A DNA stretch of 64,000 nucleotides from Blastocystis sp. Blastoise (Eukaryota > Protista > Bigyra: Opalinata). Under the pieces are notes generated by a model. That model worked only from the letters and a program-made list of their open reading frames with translations. It was not told the DNA's origin and ran no database searches. Position numbers and translations under genes: made by a program. The stretch is from the NCBI GenBank assembly GCA_039096225.1, contig JBBPEB010000005.1:124001-188000 (forward strand). The letters are read 5' to 3'. Numbering within the stretch: position 1 is the stretch's first letter; the number at the start of each line of letters is the position of its first letter. Of the stretch, positions 1 through 12,846 are shown one piece after another.

Positions 1-2
1 AT

Positions 3-2988
3 ATAAATAATAATATTATGAATAATATCTCAGATATTAATATGAATAATAATGGTGATATGAATAATAATATGAATAATAATATGAATAATAATGGTGA
101 TATGAATAATAATATGAATAATAATGATATCTCTGATAATAATAATTGTGATCTGAATAATAATGATATGTCAGATAATAATAATGGTGATATGAAAAAT
201 AGCGATATCTCAGATAATGATATCTCAGATAAAAATACTACTACTAATATTACTATGGATGATATTACTTCTAATAATCATCCCTTACAAGATTCAGATA
301 CTATTTATAAGCAAATACCAAAACAGATTAATTCTTCTGAATTACCTACGTTGACTCTTTCTCCTTCTTCTATTTCTACTTCTTCCTCTTACAAACAATA
401 TATCAATCCCCAAAGTGTCTTAAAACAGCATGTATCACATACCAAGGAACACCTTGACTCTCTCTATATATCAGATATAAATGAATACACTCGTAATCCT
501 CAATCTCCTTTAGTTTCTATTCCTCACAATGAGAATTATACTCTAAATAATAACCACTCTTCTTTATTTCCCATTCCAACAGATACTGTAGTATTCTCTG
601 AAAATCAAGAAATAATAGAGAATGAAAAAGAAATGAAGAAGAATTCATCTGAAAAGCCTAAAGTAACTATATCTGTTTTACCTTCTCTTGCGAATCAAGT
701 AAATAATCCATCAAATAAACAATCAAGTATATATATATCATAATATATCATATGTATAATATATACTGTATAACTCATCAGAATTCTTATTTATATATGT
801 AATAATAAATATATATAAAACTCTTTGTGATACTATTAATATTTATAATTATCTATATATATAATACTCATAGTATTCCTTTCTATATATATATAATACT
901 CATAGTATTCCTTTCTATATATATATAATACTCATAGTATTCCTTTCTATATATATATAATACTCAGTATTCCTTTCTATATATATATAATACTCATAGT
1001 ATTCCTTTCTATATATAGATACATCATGGATAAATGACCCACGGTTATTGGCTCCAAAGGATCCTCAGGAACTGAAAGAAGCTCTCGTTTATTATATGAA
1101 GACCCTTAAGGAAGAAGATAAACCCTTAGAACCTGTGTCTATTCATGGAAAGAAAAGACCTATATTAGGATTAAACTCGAATGGAGAAATCGAATTTCGA
1201 TTAGAAACCTCTTCTGATGATGATAGTGATACTATAAATAATAATAATAATATGAATAATAATGATATGAATAATAATAATAATATGAATAATAATAATA
1301 ATAATATGAATAATAATAATATGAATAATAATAATAATAATATGAATAATAATAATAATAATAGTAAGAAGAAGAGTAAAGAAGAAGAATTAAAGTCTAT
1401 TGTACCTGTCTATTCTCCATATAAAGAGAAGCCCAAAGTAACTATACGTGTTCTTAAAGAACAAAAAAAAGAGGATTTGAAGAAAAAACAAATTATTTCA
1501 AAAATGATTCCTGTAACTCAAACGAGTATATATAATAATAATAATAATTCTACTTCTTCTTCTTCTTATGGTTCTACTAGTAGTAATAACAGTAATAATA
1601 GTAATTCTACTATATCTATGGATGATAATACATATAATAATAATTCATATTCTTCTTTAAGTTATATACATAATAATAATAGTGATGATGATGATGATGA
1701 TGATGATCCTTCGAAACATCATCATTTTGATGAGTTCAACTATATATATAGATCACAAGAAGATCAAGATAATCAAGAGAATCAAGAGGATCAAGAGGAT
1801 CAAGAGAATCAGCATAAATTACGAAAAGAAGAAAGTCGTTTAATGAAGAAACGTCGTGCTATGTCTTCGAGACAAAAAGATACTATTGATTATAATGAAC
1901 CATATCCTAATTGTTATACTGCTCATCAACGTCGCAAAGTACATCGATTGACAGTTCGATTATTTCCTGAATTATATACAGAAGAAGAGAGAGAAAGTGT
2001 ATATCAAGAACTAATGAATATGGATGATAAGGATATAGAGAATGAAGAAATTGAAGAAGATCCTGAAATGAATTATTTTAATCATTTACAAGATGATGAT
2101 GATGAGTTGATCATGAGAATAAAACATCATGATTCAATGGATTCTTCTTATTCTTCTCCTTCTACTAGTACGTCTAGTAGTGGCATGGATATTCCTATCA
2201 ATCATTTAAGTCCAGCAGTATATATGCCTGAATTTATGTTTGTAGATCAACCCCAAGTCAATGTAAATACATTTATGAAAGGAATCAATAAAAATAATAA
2301 ACCAACTGTTAAAGTTTCTGTTCTTAAAGTACCCTCAAGAAAGAATTCGAAAGAATTCTATATACATCAACAGAGCAATATGATGAATACTCAATCTCTT
2401 CATTTAAAAAGACATACTGGATCTTCTGCTGAACTCACCAAAGAACCCGCTAATCACCCATTTCCATTATTTCATGAACAAGAGAATTCACAGAATATAG
2501 AGAAACAAGAGAATTCACAGAATATAGAGAAACAAGAGAATTCACAGAATATAAATAAACAAGAGAATTCGAAGAATATAAATAAACAATCGATTGATAT
2601 GAATATAAATAAACAATCGATTGACAACAATGAAAAGAACAATGATCATTTAGCATATGATGTGAAAGATCAGTATTCTAAAACATATAATCCTGAATAT
2701 CGACCAACAAATGTAAAAGAGGGAAATATTAGCAATGTAGAAACATCAAATCATGCTCATGATAACGGTAACAATAGCCTTGAAGAAGGTTATATCATGT
2801 CTCTTAACTCTGAGAATAATCAGCCAAAGAGAATAATAAGAGGAATTGACCCTGTAGGAAAAGAAGTGAACACTACAATTAAACATGATGTGAAAAACAT
2901 CACTGAATGGAAACCATTGCCTCAATTTGATATTCACAAGAATCCCAACGACAACTTAAAGCTTAATCAACATCGATATTTCAATTAA
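3..2988 (+). CDS. Asn/Ser/Asp-rich low-complexity hypothetical protein (probably 5'-partial, 2 exons in window)
   Basis: ORF 18-743 joins ORF 1048-2988 through GT-AG intron 727-1018 (CAA TCA A|gtatat...atatag|AT ACA TCA TGG). The frame is open to the window start. Repeated KP(K/T)V(T/K)(I/V)(S/R)VL motif. Confidence 0.75.
855..1018. repeat. Intronic ~32-bp tandem repeat (tatatatatataatactcatagtattcctttc) x~5
   Basis: Directly visible; the last unit runs into the AG acceptor. Confidence 0.9.
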
Positions 2989-3367
2989 ATACTATCTAAT
3001 TCTTTACTAATTACTGTTTTTCATTCTTTATCACTTTCTAATATATATTTTCCTGATCACATATATCTAATTAATATTATTTTATAACTTATTTCATAAT
3101 ATATACTTTTTTTTTGTTCTACTTTATTTTAATTTGTTCTATTACTTTTTTGTTGTTGTGTTAACTGTTCAAAGAAGAATTATTCATAACTTTTTCATTA
3201 CTTAAAAACTAAGAAAAAAAAGTTTAAATTATTTCTATCTCAAAAAAAAATTAAAAAAAAAAGGAGACCTAGTTTTGATTGCTTTTCTATCAAAGAAAGC
3301 TTAACCTGCTTTATTTTTCTTTATTATTGCTTTCAAACATAAGAATTACATCTTAAAGATACTTAAA

Positions 3368-4418
<1,051 letters not shown>

Positions 4419-4583
4419 AAGAAATAACGTTTTCATATATATATATATTGCTAATAATATATTTTTATGTCTTTCTTCTATATATAAGTATTACTGATAT
4501 GTTTCTTTTTTTCCCTTTTCTATCTATTCTTTTCAATTATTTAAAAAAAAAACATTTTTTTTTGTTTTGTTATACTAAGTATA

Positions 4584-5356
4584 ACAAAAAACCGGATACG
4601 GTTAATTATCTGGTTTAAACCGGATAAAATTTTTATCCGGTTTTTTATTTTCTTAAATAAACTTAATTATACATGCTATTGTTGTTTGATTTATGTATAA
4701 AAGTCACTATAATACATATATCTATATAGATATGCACTAATATGCATTATAAAAAAAAAAGAATTATGGTTAAAATTGTTTTGAATTATGCTATTAAAAG
4801 TAATTATAAAACTTAAAAATGTAATTGGAATACTAATAAAGAATAAGCATCTAATTAAATAAAAATTTTACTAATAATTCAAGATAATTAATTTTGAATT
4901 GTATTTTTTATTCAGAGGCTTGTATTATATACTACGAACCATTGAAATAGAAAAACACTCGTAGTGAGATATTCAGTATCTCACAAGTTTTGCAAGAAAA
5001 CAGTCCATTCAAATACACATTTATAGCAGAACAATAATTTAATATGGCAGAGTAAATTAATTTGAGCATATAGGAATAACTCAATACATTTCTTCATGAA
5101 AGAAATAGGAATGGAATCATTTTCTTTATTATATACAACGTATACCATTGCTAATTTTTATTAATAATATATATAGGCATCAAATATATTTATAATAACA
5201 GAAATAAAGCAAAATTATGCTCAATAATACACAAAAAAGAAAAAAAAATTTTAACCGGTTTTGAAACCGGTTAAAATTTTTGACTGTAAAAAACAAAAAC
5301 CGGATAAAAATTTTATCCGGTTTAAACCAGATAATTAACCGTATCCGGTTTTTTGT
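4584..5356. mobile_element. Non-coding element bounded by perfect 62-bp inverted repeats (MITE-like or invertible segment)
   Basis: 4584-4645 (acaaaaaaccggatacggttaattatctggtttaaaccggataaaatttttatccggttttt) is the exact reverse complement of 5295-5356. There is an extra CCGG palindrome at 5244-5281. No ORF and no clear TSD. Confidence 0.7.
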
Positions 5357-5400
5357 GATTCTCTATTATACTTTTTAAGAAAATTTAATTTTTTGTTTAA

Positions 5401-5682
5401 ATGAAATCCATTAGTATTATTTTTTTAATATTGCTTTTTGTAATCAGTACATCACAATTCTGCGAAGAATGCTATGCTGGTTATGGAAAAACGACTTGGT
5501 CAGAATGCTTAAATAAGAAAGCAGAGGATTGTGAACAAATTATAAAGAAGAATTCACCATTAGTAGAAGTTGTTCTAATTCCAATTAATCAGCATATACC
5601 TAATGATTATCAATTCAACAGAGTTCGTGTTCTCTACTCGCCAAAGGATGGACTTGTACACATTACTCCTCGACTTGGATAA
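5401..5682 (+). CDS. Secreted potato inhibitor I family (I13, CI-2/eglin-like) protease inhibitor
   Basis: Signal peptide; GKTTW, IPNDYQFNRVRV and PRLG match the family pattern K..WPE...T.DY...RVR...P..G. Intronless. Confidence 0.9.
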   Translation: MKSISIIFLILLFVISTSQFCEECYAGYGKTTWSECLNKKAEDCEQIIKKNSPLVEVVLIPINQHIPNDYQFNRVRVLYSPKDGLVHITPRLG

Positions 5683-5838
5683 AATGATTTGTTTCATTAT
5701 TCTAAATATGTGAAAAGCAGTATGTTAGATCATTTGAGATTTTAAATTATATTTTATAACAATTCGAAAATGTTAATTATGTGCCATTTAATTATTTTTT
5801 ATATTTTCATTATTTTTTTTGTTTACTTAAGAACATTC

Positions 5839-5934
5839 TAATAAACAAACACAGTGTGAATTTAATAAACAAACACAGTGTGAATTTAATAAACAAACAC
5901 AGTGTGAATTTAATAAACAAACACAGTGTGAATT
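5839..5934. repeat. Perfect 24-bp tandem repeat x4 (taataaacaaacacagtgtgaatt)
   Basis: Directly visible between convergent 3' ends; each unit reads TGTTTGTT on the minus strand. Confidence 0.95.
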
Positions 5935-6008
5935 CAATTCATTTAGAATACACTAATTTCAATAACAACAAAAAATAACAAAAAAAAATGAAAAAAATGT
6001 GAAAATAA

Positions 6009-6599
6009 CTAGTAGAGAAACGACAGGAGAACGCTCTGTATTAAAATAATTCCAAGAATAACTGATAACACAGTACATATAAATACAATAATAGAAACAA
6101 TCTAAAGAATAGAGTAATTAAAACAATAGACAACTAAATAAATATAGCTACAATATATATACTGTTTTCTTCTTAGGAAATAAAATCATGAATAAATAAT
6201 TTAACACTTGAGCTCCATCGGATAATTTCCACGGGAATATATTCAAGATAATGAAAGAGAACGAAAATAAGGATATATATTGGAATAGAGTTGGTAAAGA
6301 GATTGGTATCTATATATATATATATTGAAGATATATTAATATATATATTAAGAGATGAAGCAGAAGAATTATATATATATATACATAGAATGGATAATAT
6401 GATGAATATTTTGGGTAATAATGGCTGGCATAGAGAGAAGAAGAGAGATCTATATATATATAGTTATATATAGTTATATATATACTTGATAGTGATTTTG
6501 AGTGTATAGAAAGTAGATATATAGATTGATTCTTATATATATCATTCTTATGTATATATTTAATAAACATTTCAGAAGAATGAAGAATTGGATATATAC

Positions 6600-6645
<46 letters not shown>

Positions 6646-8506
6646 TTGAGTAATAACAATCAGTATCAACCGAACAAATCATTCTTGGGGAGGAAGAAAG
6701 GTATTGAAGTGGTAACTATATATATTATATATTATATATATATATATATAAAGCTATACATATATATAAATAAAGCTATACATATGTAGATGAATGTGTT
6801 CCATTTGACTGTTCAATATAATAAACAGCATCCTCCAATAGAATATTTGTGTTCCATCTATATAATAATGATTTATAATCTATATATATATATATATATA
6901 TATATACTGAAATAACAATGAATCCGGCATGCAGAAACCAGTTTGTAATACACCCTATATATATAATATAGTAATGATAATAGCATATATATACCTGAGT
7001 TATAGTTTTTGAATGTAGTCTATACAATAAATAAATATGTATATATATGAATATGAATATACTTTTGATTATATATAAAAGAATAAAGTTGATTTTTTTC
7101 GTTAAGAATCATGTTATCGACAGATAAAAGTTGTGTTCCCGCGGTTAATCCTACCGATTGGCATTCATCTATAGAATAAGAAGGAGTTATAATAAAGTGA
7201 GTAAAAGAGAAAAACTTAATATATATATATATAATTCTTGGTACCTATATTTATTGAGTTTATATATAGTGAATTGGGTGAGTATATAAATAGAGGAGAA
7301 AGAAGATAAGGAAGAAGTGATAGAAATAATGAACTGAAAATACAGAGAAACTAAATAGGAAGAAGATGATATATATATAGATATATATAGTGTTAATAAT
7401 AATGATACTATATAGATATATACAATATTATTTATAATTCCAGACATATATGTATATAAAAGTTTCCCCTTATTTGTTGATTGTTCAATATTCACATACC
7501 TATAGTATATAATTATATAATAGAATAGTATATAATATAATTATATAATAGTATATAATATAATTTTATATAATATATTATAATATAATAGAATATAATT
7601 TTATATAATATATTATAATATAATAGTATATAATTATATAATATAATAGTATATAATCGTATATAATAGTATATAACATAATAACATAATATATATACCC
7701 TAAAAGAATAGGTCCTGAGAAGACAAAATCAATCGAGTCAATTGTTAAATGATAATAAATAGCGCATAATATATGACTATATAGAACGTTTCATATAATA
7801 TATAATAATAGAATAAACACATAAATATAACTTAATCTATAATTAATATATATTTTCTAAATATACAATAATTACCCGAATTCATGTATAATCTGAGTGA
7901 TAAAAAATGCAAGTATAAAGACTCCTAATAATGGAGGGAAACTGTGAAAATCAGGTAGAATTGTACTTACTTGAACGGTATCTATAGAATATAGAATTAA
8001 TATATAAAAATTATAAATGATAAATAAAAATTCAAGAAAAATTTGTATTACCTTTGAGAATCGAGTCAATTGATGACGAATTCATATAATCAGTACTGTT
8101 CTGGAAATAATCCAATATTCTCATAAAAAATGGACTTATAAACACCCTATATCATAATCAATTACGTGATATACAAAAGAATAGAGATACGTATGCACTA
8201 AAGAACTAATAACTATATATGCAGAAATAGGGACCATAACCAAATATGATATTCTTCCAATTATTTGCCATCCAAACAAAAGTTTCTGATTAAAATGACT
8301 CTGAGGAATCTTATTATGGAGACTAAAACTCAATTGAAATCCATACTATTCTTAGGTCATAGAACATACGATATAATACAAATATATACCCAATGAATGG
8401 ACCACGAATGAAAACTAAAGTTTAAATGAAATAATCTGCATGTCACTAGAATAGAAAGTAGTGATAGTAGACTTGCTATAAGCAGGAAAATAAAATCAGC
8501 AAACAT
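6009..8506 (-). CDS. MBTPS2: Site-2 protease (M50 intramembrane zinc metalloprotease), multi-exon
   Basis: Spliced product has HEFGH (split by an intron), SGIINN, a PDZ-like/Cys-rich insert and NIFPWKLSDG. All introns are GT-AG. The last exon is slightly uncertain. Confidence 0.88.
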
Positions 8507-8560
8507 CTTATATAAAAAATTAATAAAAAAAAAAGAATAAAAAAATGATCGATGTTGCAA

Positions 8561-8657
8561 ATATCTATTGGACAAACAAACTTAATATGAATATCTATTG
8601 GCTTATTTGATACTGGCACTATTTTGGTTTCTTTCATTATTCTTTATTATTATTGGC
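8561..8657 (-). promoter_or_regulatory. Three CCAAT boxes upstream of S2P
   Basis: ATTGG at 8567, 8597 and 8652; the first two sit in identical 11-mers 30 bp apart. Confidence 0.5.
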
Positions 8658-9101
8658 TAAATTTTATTAGAACATTTTTCAAATATTATAGAGAATAGTG
8701 GAAAACATAATAGTAAAGATATATAGCATCTTATCAGAAAATTGTCTATATTAATGTATTTTGGAAGTTGTATATAGACATATAAACGCTAGAATAATGT
8801 TATAAATGTTTGTTCCATATTGTTAGTTTTAGAAATGGAAGTTATTTCTGATTTGTAAGTGAATTAGTAGTTTTTGCAAAAAAATGACAACGAAAGAACA
8901 AAATAAATAAAATAAGAAAATACACAGCAATGTTAATGAAAAAAGAAAAGTGATTGTAAAGAACTATATCACAGATACTGGTAATTCACAAAATGAAAAA
9001 CAATAAAACCGACTAATTGCAATATTCATGTATAAACAAACATATATCTCCATTCAAAATCACAAGAAAGAGAATTAGAGCATAATATATATATATATAT
9101 A

Positions 9102-12100
9102 TTATGAATCCGAGTCACTACTTCCAAAAGAGAATTCTTCAACAATATCATTATCACTATCGCTATCAAACTGAATCTTTCGAGCAATCTTCTTGGATTT
9201 TGACTCCGTTCGTTTTGCAGGAGTTTTCCGCGGTTTTACACGCTCTGTTTGAGGAGTTGTTAACGGTCTTGAACGTTTTGTCTAAAGAATAGAGTAGATT
9301 AGTAGTATATATATTATAGGCTATTATTCTATATGGAATAATAGAACAAGTAATAGTATATATATATATAAATATACTCTTGTAGATCTAGTAATAGTGG
9401 AAGGAGTAGGAGGGACTGATGAAAGCTCTTCTTCATCTTCACCATTATTATTTATCTATATATATATATATAATGAAGATAAATAGAAACAAAGAGTATA
9501 TACTATATAAATAGTTCAACATAAAAACAAATATATATATATATACAAATGTTGTTAATTCTTCAATAGCCTGTTGATTGTCTACTTTTGTACCTCGTTT
9601 TAACTAATAATAATAAGGATTGTAATCAATATAATAATAATATATATATATCTATATATATATATACTTTAGATAGAACTTGTTGAAGTAGTTTATTAAT
9701 TTCTTCATCAGCCAATAGATCTTTGAGTTCCTTTTTGTGTTCCAGAAGAGGGATACATGAGGATGAAGTTAACGGCAACGAATAAATAGTGAATACAATA
9801 CACTTCCAATGGCGGGGGTAAGCAGTAGCAGCAATTCGTTGACATAATTTATCTACAAGTGTTGTACATTGCTTTTCCTATAGTAATAATATATGTATAA
9901 TATATAAAATATAATAATATATAATATAATAAATATAATATAATAAATATAATATAATAAATATAATGTATATATATACCTTGTCAATAAATTGTGATAT
10001 ATATTTTACGATTTTGGAAAAGTCGTCGAAGGGTAGGTCTTCGTTATTAATAAGGAGAGATATACAATCAGGGAATATATTATAAACTGGATTATTTCCT
10101 ATATATATACATATAAGAGTAGTTATAGGAATATACTATGAAAACCATAAAAAAATCCTGAAAATATATATAAATATATATATATATACCTCGTTTAGCC
10201 AGTTCTAAGAAGAATAACTCCGCGAGTTGTTGAATACGAATATTCTTATTAACGAGACACAAGGCGATCTCTGCAATTTGCCCTTTGATTTTAATCATAT
10301 CATTGAGAATTAGATGTGTTAATACCATTAAACAATCTTTTTGAACCAAAGGAGACTATATATATAGTTATATATATAGTTATATATATAGTTATATATT
10401 CACTTATAATATATAGTTATATATATTCACTTATAATATATAGTTTTATATATATATACCTTATCCCTAAGGGCTCCATAGAGATGCGGTGTCCAGGGTT
10501 CAATCATATTGGGGTATCGAAAGAAGAGATCTCCCACGGTTATTATGATGTTTGTTCGAATATATTCCTCAGGCGCACGATGAAGAAGAGTTATCAATAA
10601 CTATATATATAGTGATATATGTAATGTCTTATTATAGAATATTAAAATTCAACAATGATATATATATATAGAATATAAATATAGAAAGTCAATTAATGAT
10701 ATTATATATAAGAATATACAGATAGATTTTGTTCACAGAAATCTTTACATATAGAACAGTACTTACATAATGTAAGTACACAACTTTCTCGTAATTCTGT
10801 GTCATGATATATATTATCCTCATTCTTAACAATAGCTAATAATAAAGGAGCAAATGAACCCAAAAAATTACTATAAATATAATATATTTTTATATATACA
10901 TATATATTTCATAAATAGAATAGATCTATAATATCAATTAAATATATATAGAGCATAATAATAATTATATAAATACTTATTGACAATTTCATTTCTGGCT
11001 ATATCTTCTAATAATTCTTCTTCTGCGTCATCTACGGACCCCACTAGTCCCAATTCTTCTTCGTCTTCTCTCTTTCCTTTCATCGTCTCTTTCTCCTTCT
11101 TTATATCACGAAGGGTCTCTTGATGCTTCTGACGACTCTTCTTAGCTTCTTTCGCTAAATACTCACTAAATACTAATAACTTTATAGCTATATGACCCGC
11201 TATAAACATAAAACGAGAAAGTTGACGAGAAACTATTTGTGTCTTCCTTGTTTCAAATAATATAGCAGAAATATGATGAAGAATAGACTCCGTCTCTATA
11301 TCAGGTCTATATATGTTTATTATTATTATTATTATATTTATTATATTTATTATATTTATTATATTTATTATATTTATTATATTTATTATATTTATTATAT
11401 TTATTATATTTATTATATTATTATATTTATTATATTATTATATTTAATATATTTAATATATTTATTATATTTATTATATTATTATATTATTATATTATTA
11501 TATTTATTATATTTATTATATTATTATATTTATTATATTTATTATATTTATTATATTTATTATATTTATTATATTTATATACCTTTTACATAATATAAAA
11601 ATAGAGTTGACTCCAGCCTCCGCAGCTTGATACCAATATTTATAGCTATATACATTAGTAGTAGAAGAATTGGTAGGATTTTCAGATGGTAACTTCATAG
11701 AATTCTCTTGATTATCAGAAATAGAATGAGTCTCTTCTTCAATGTCCATCTTATTTGCATCTTCCCCGCGGTTATTATCATTTTCGAGAGAAGATGAAGA
11801 AGGTGATTCATCTATACTTAATGTTGTCTTTCTGAAAAATGCTGATATTTCTGAAATAAGTTTATTACAATCCTCGTCACTAAGAGATGGCTATATAATA
11901 ATAAGCATAATGTATAATAATAATTCTATATAATATACATATATATATATACAGCAATTTGAATACGTCCCCATATATTGAAAATATATTTTATTTGTAT
12001 ATAATAAGAAGAGATATCATTTCGATTTACAAAAGAAGCCAGTTTGAGGATACGTTGGGGGTGATATACCGCGGAAGCGTTGGCGCCAGCAATCATGGAG

Positions 12101-12808
12101 AGAAGACACAGAGAGTTTTCTCTCTATAAAGAATAATACTTATATATATTCATAGTCATCATAATATATTAACATATCTATATATATATCTAAATACAAT
12201 CATTTCATCATCTTTTTCCTTATATATTAAAGACCATAAAATATCAATCACATCGTCCGTTATTAATCCCTCACCCGTTAAGTGTCTGACGCACTCCTCC
12301 AAAGAAGTTCGTTCAGAGATTGATGCACCTGACAATAAGCCAATCAAATTCTTAGCAATCTGAATAGGTGGATAGAATACATCATCCCCCGACTCGTCAT
12401 AACTCGACGTGAAATATAAATGTTTTAATGTCTATATATATATATATATATGTGAAAAAAAGAGATTATTTTTAATGATTTCATATGTAATTATTATTAT
12501 ATACATATCTTTAATAACATATATATTTAAATTATAATTATTATATACATATCTTTAATAACTTATATATATACTAAAATAACTTCTTTAACAATTGAAG
12601 GCGAATTACTCCAAATAAGAGCCAACATCTTTCGTAGTCCCGTGGTTAAATTCGGTATTTTAAATTTATACCCAATTCCAAAGAAATCCAGTGCCTCTTG
12701 CACATCGGTATCATTCTTACTACTAAGGAGTTGACAGAGAGAAGGGATTGCCGTCTGTATATATAGAAAGAAATCAATAATTATATAAAAAGTAATAGAG
12801 AATAAAAC

Positions 12809-12846
<38 letters not shown>

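Noticed and set aside
5839-5934. Possible CRISPR-like array
   Set aside because: Contiguous identical units with no spacers, in eukaryotic context.
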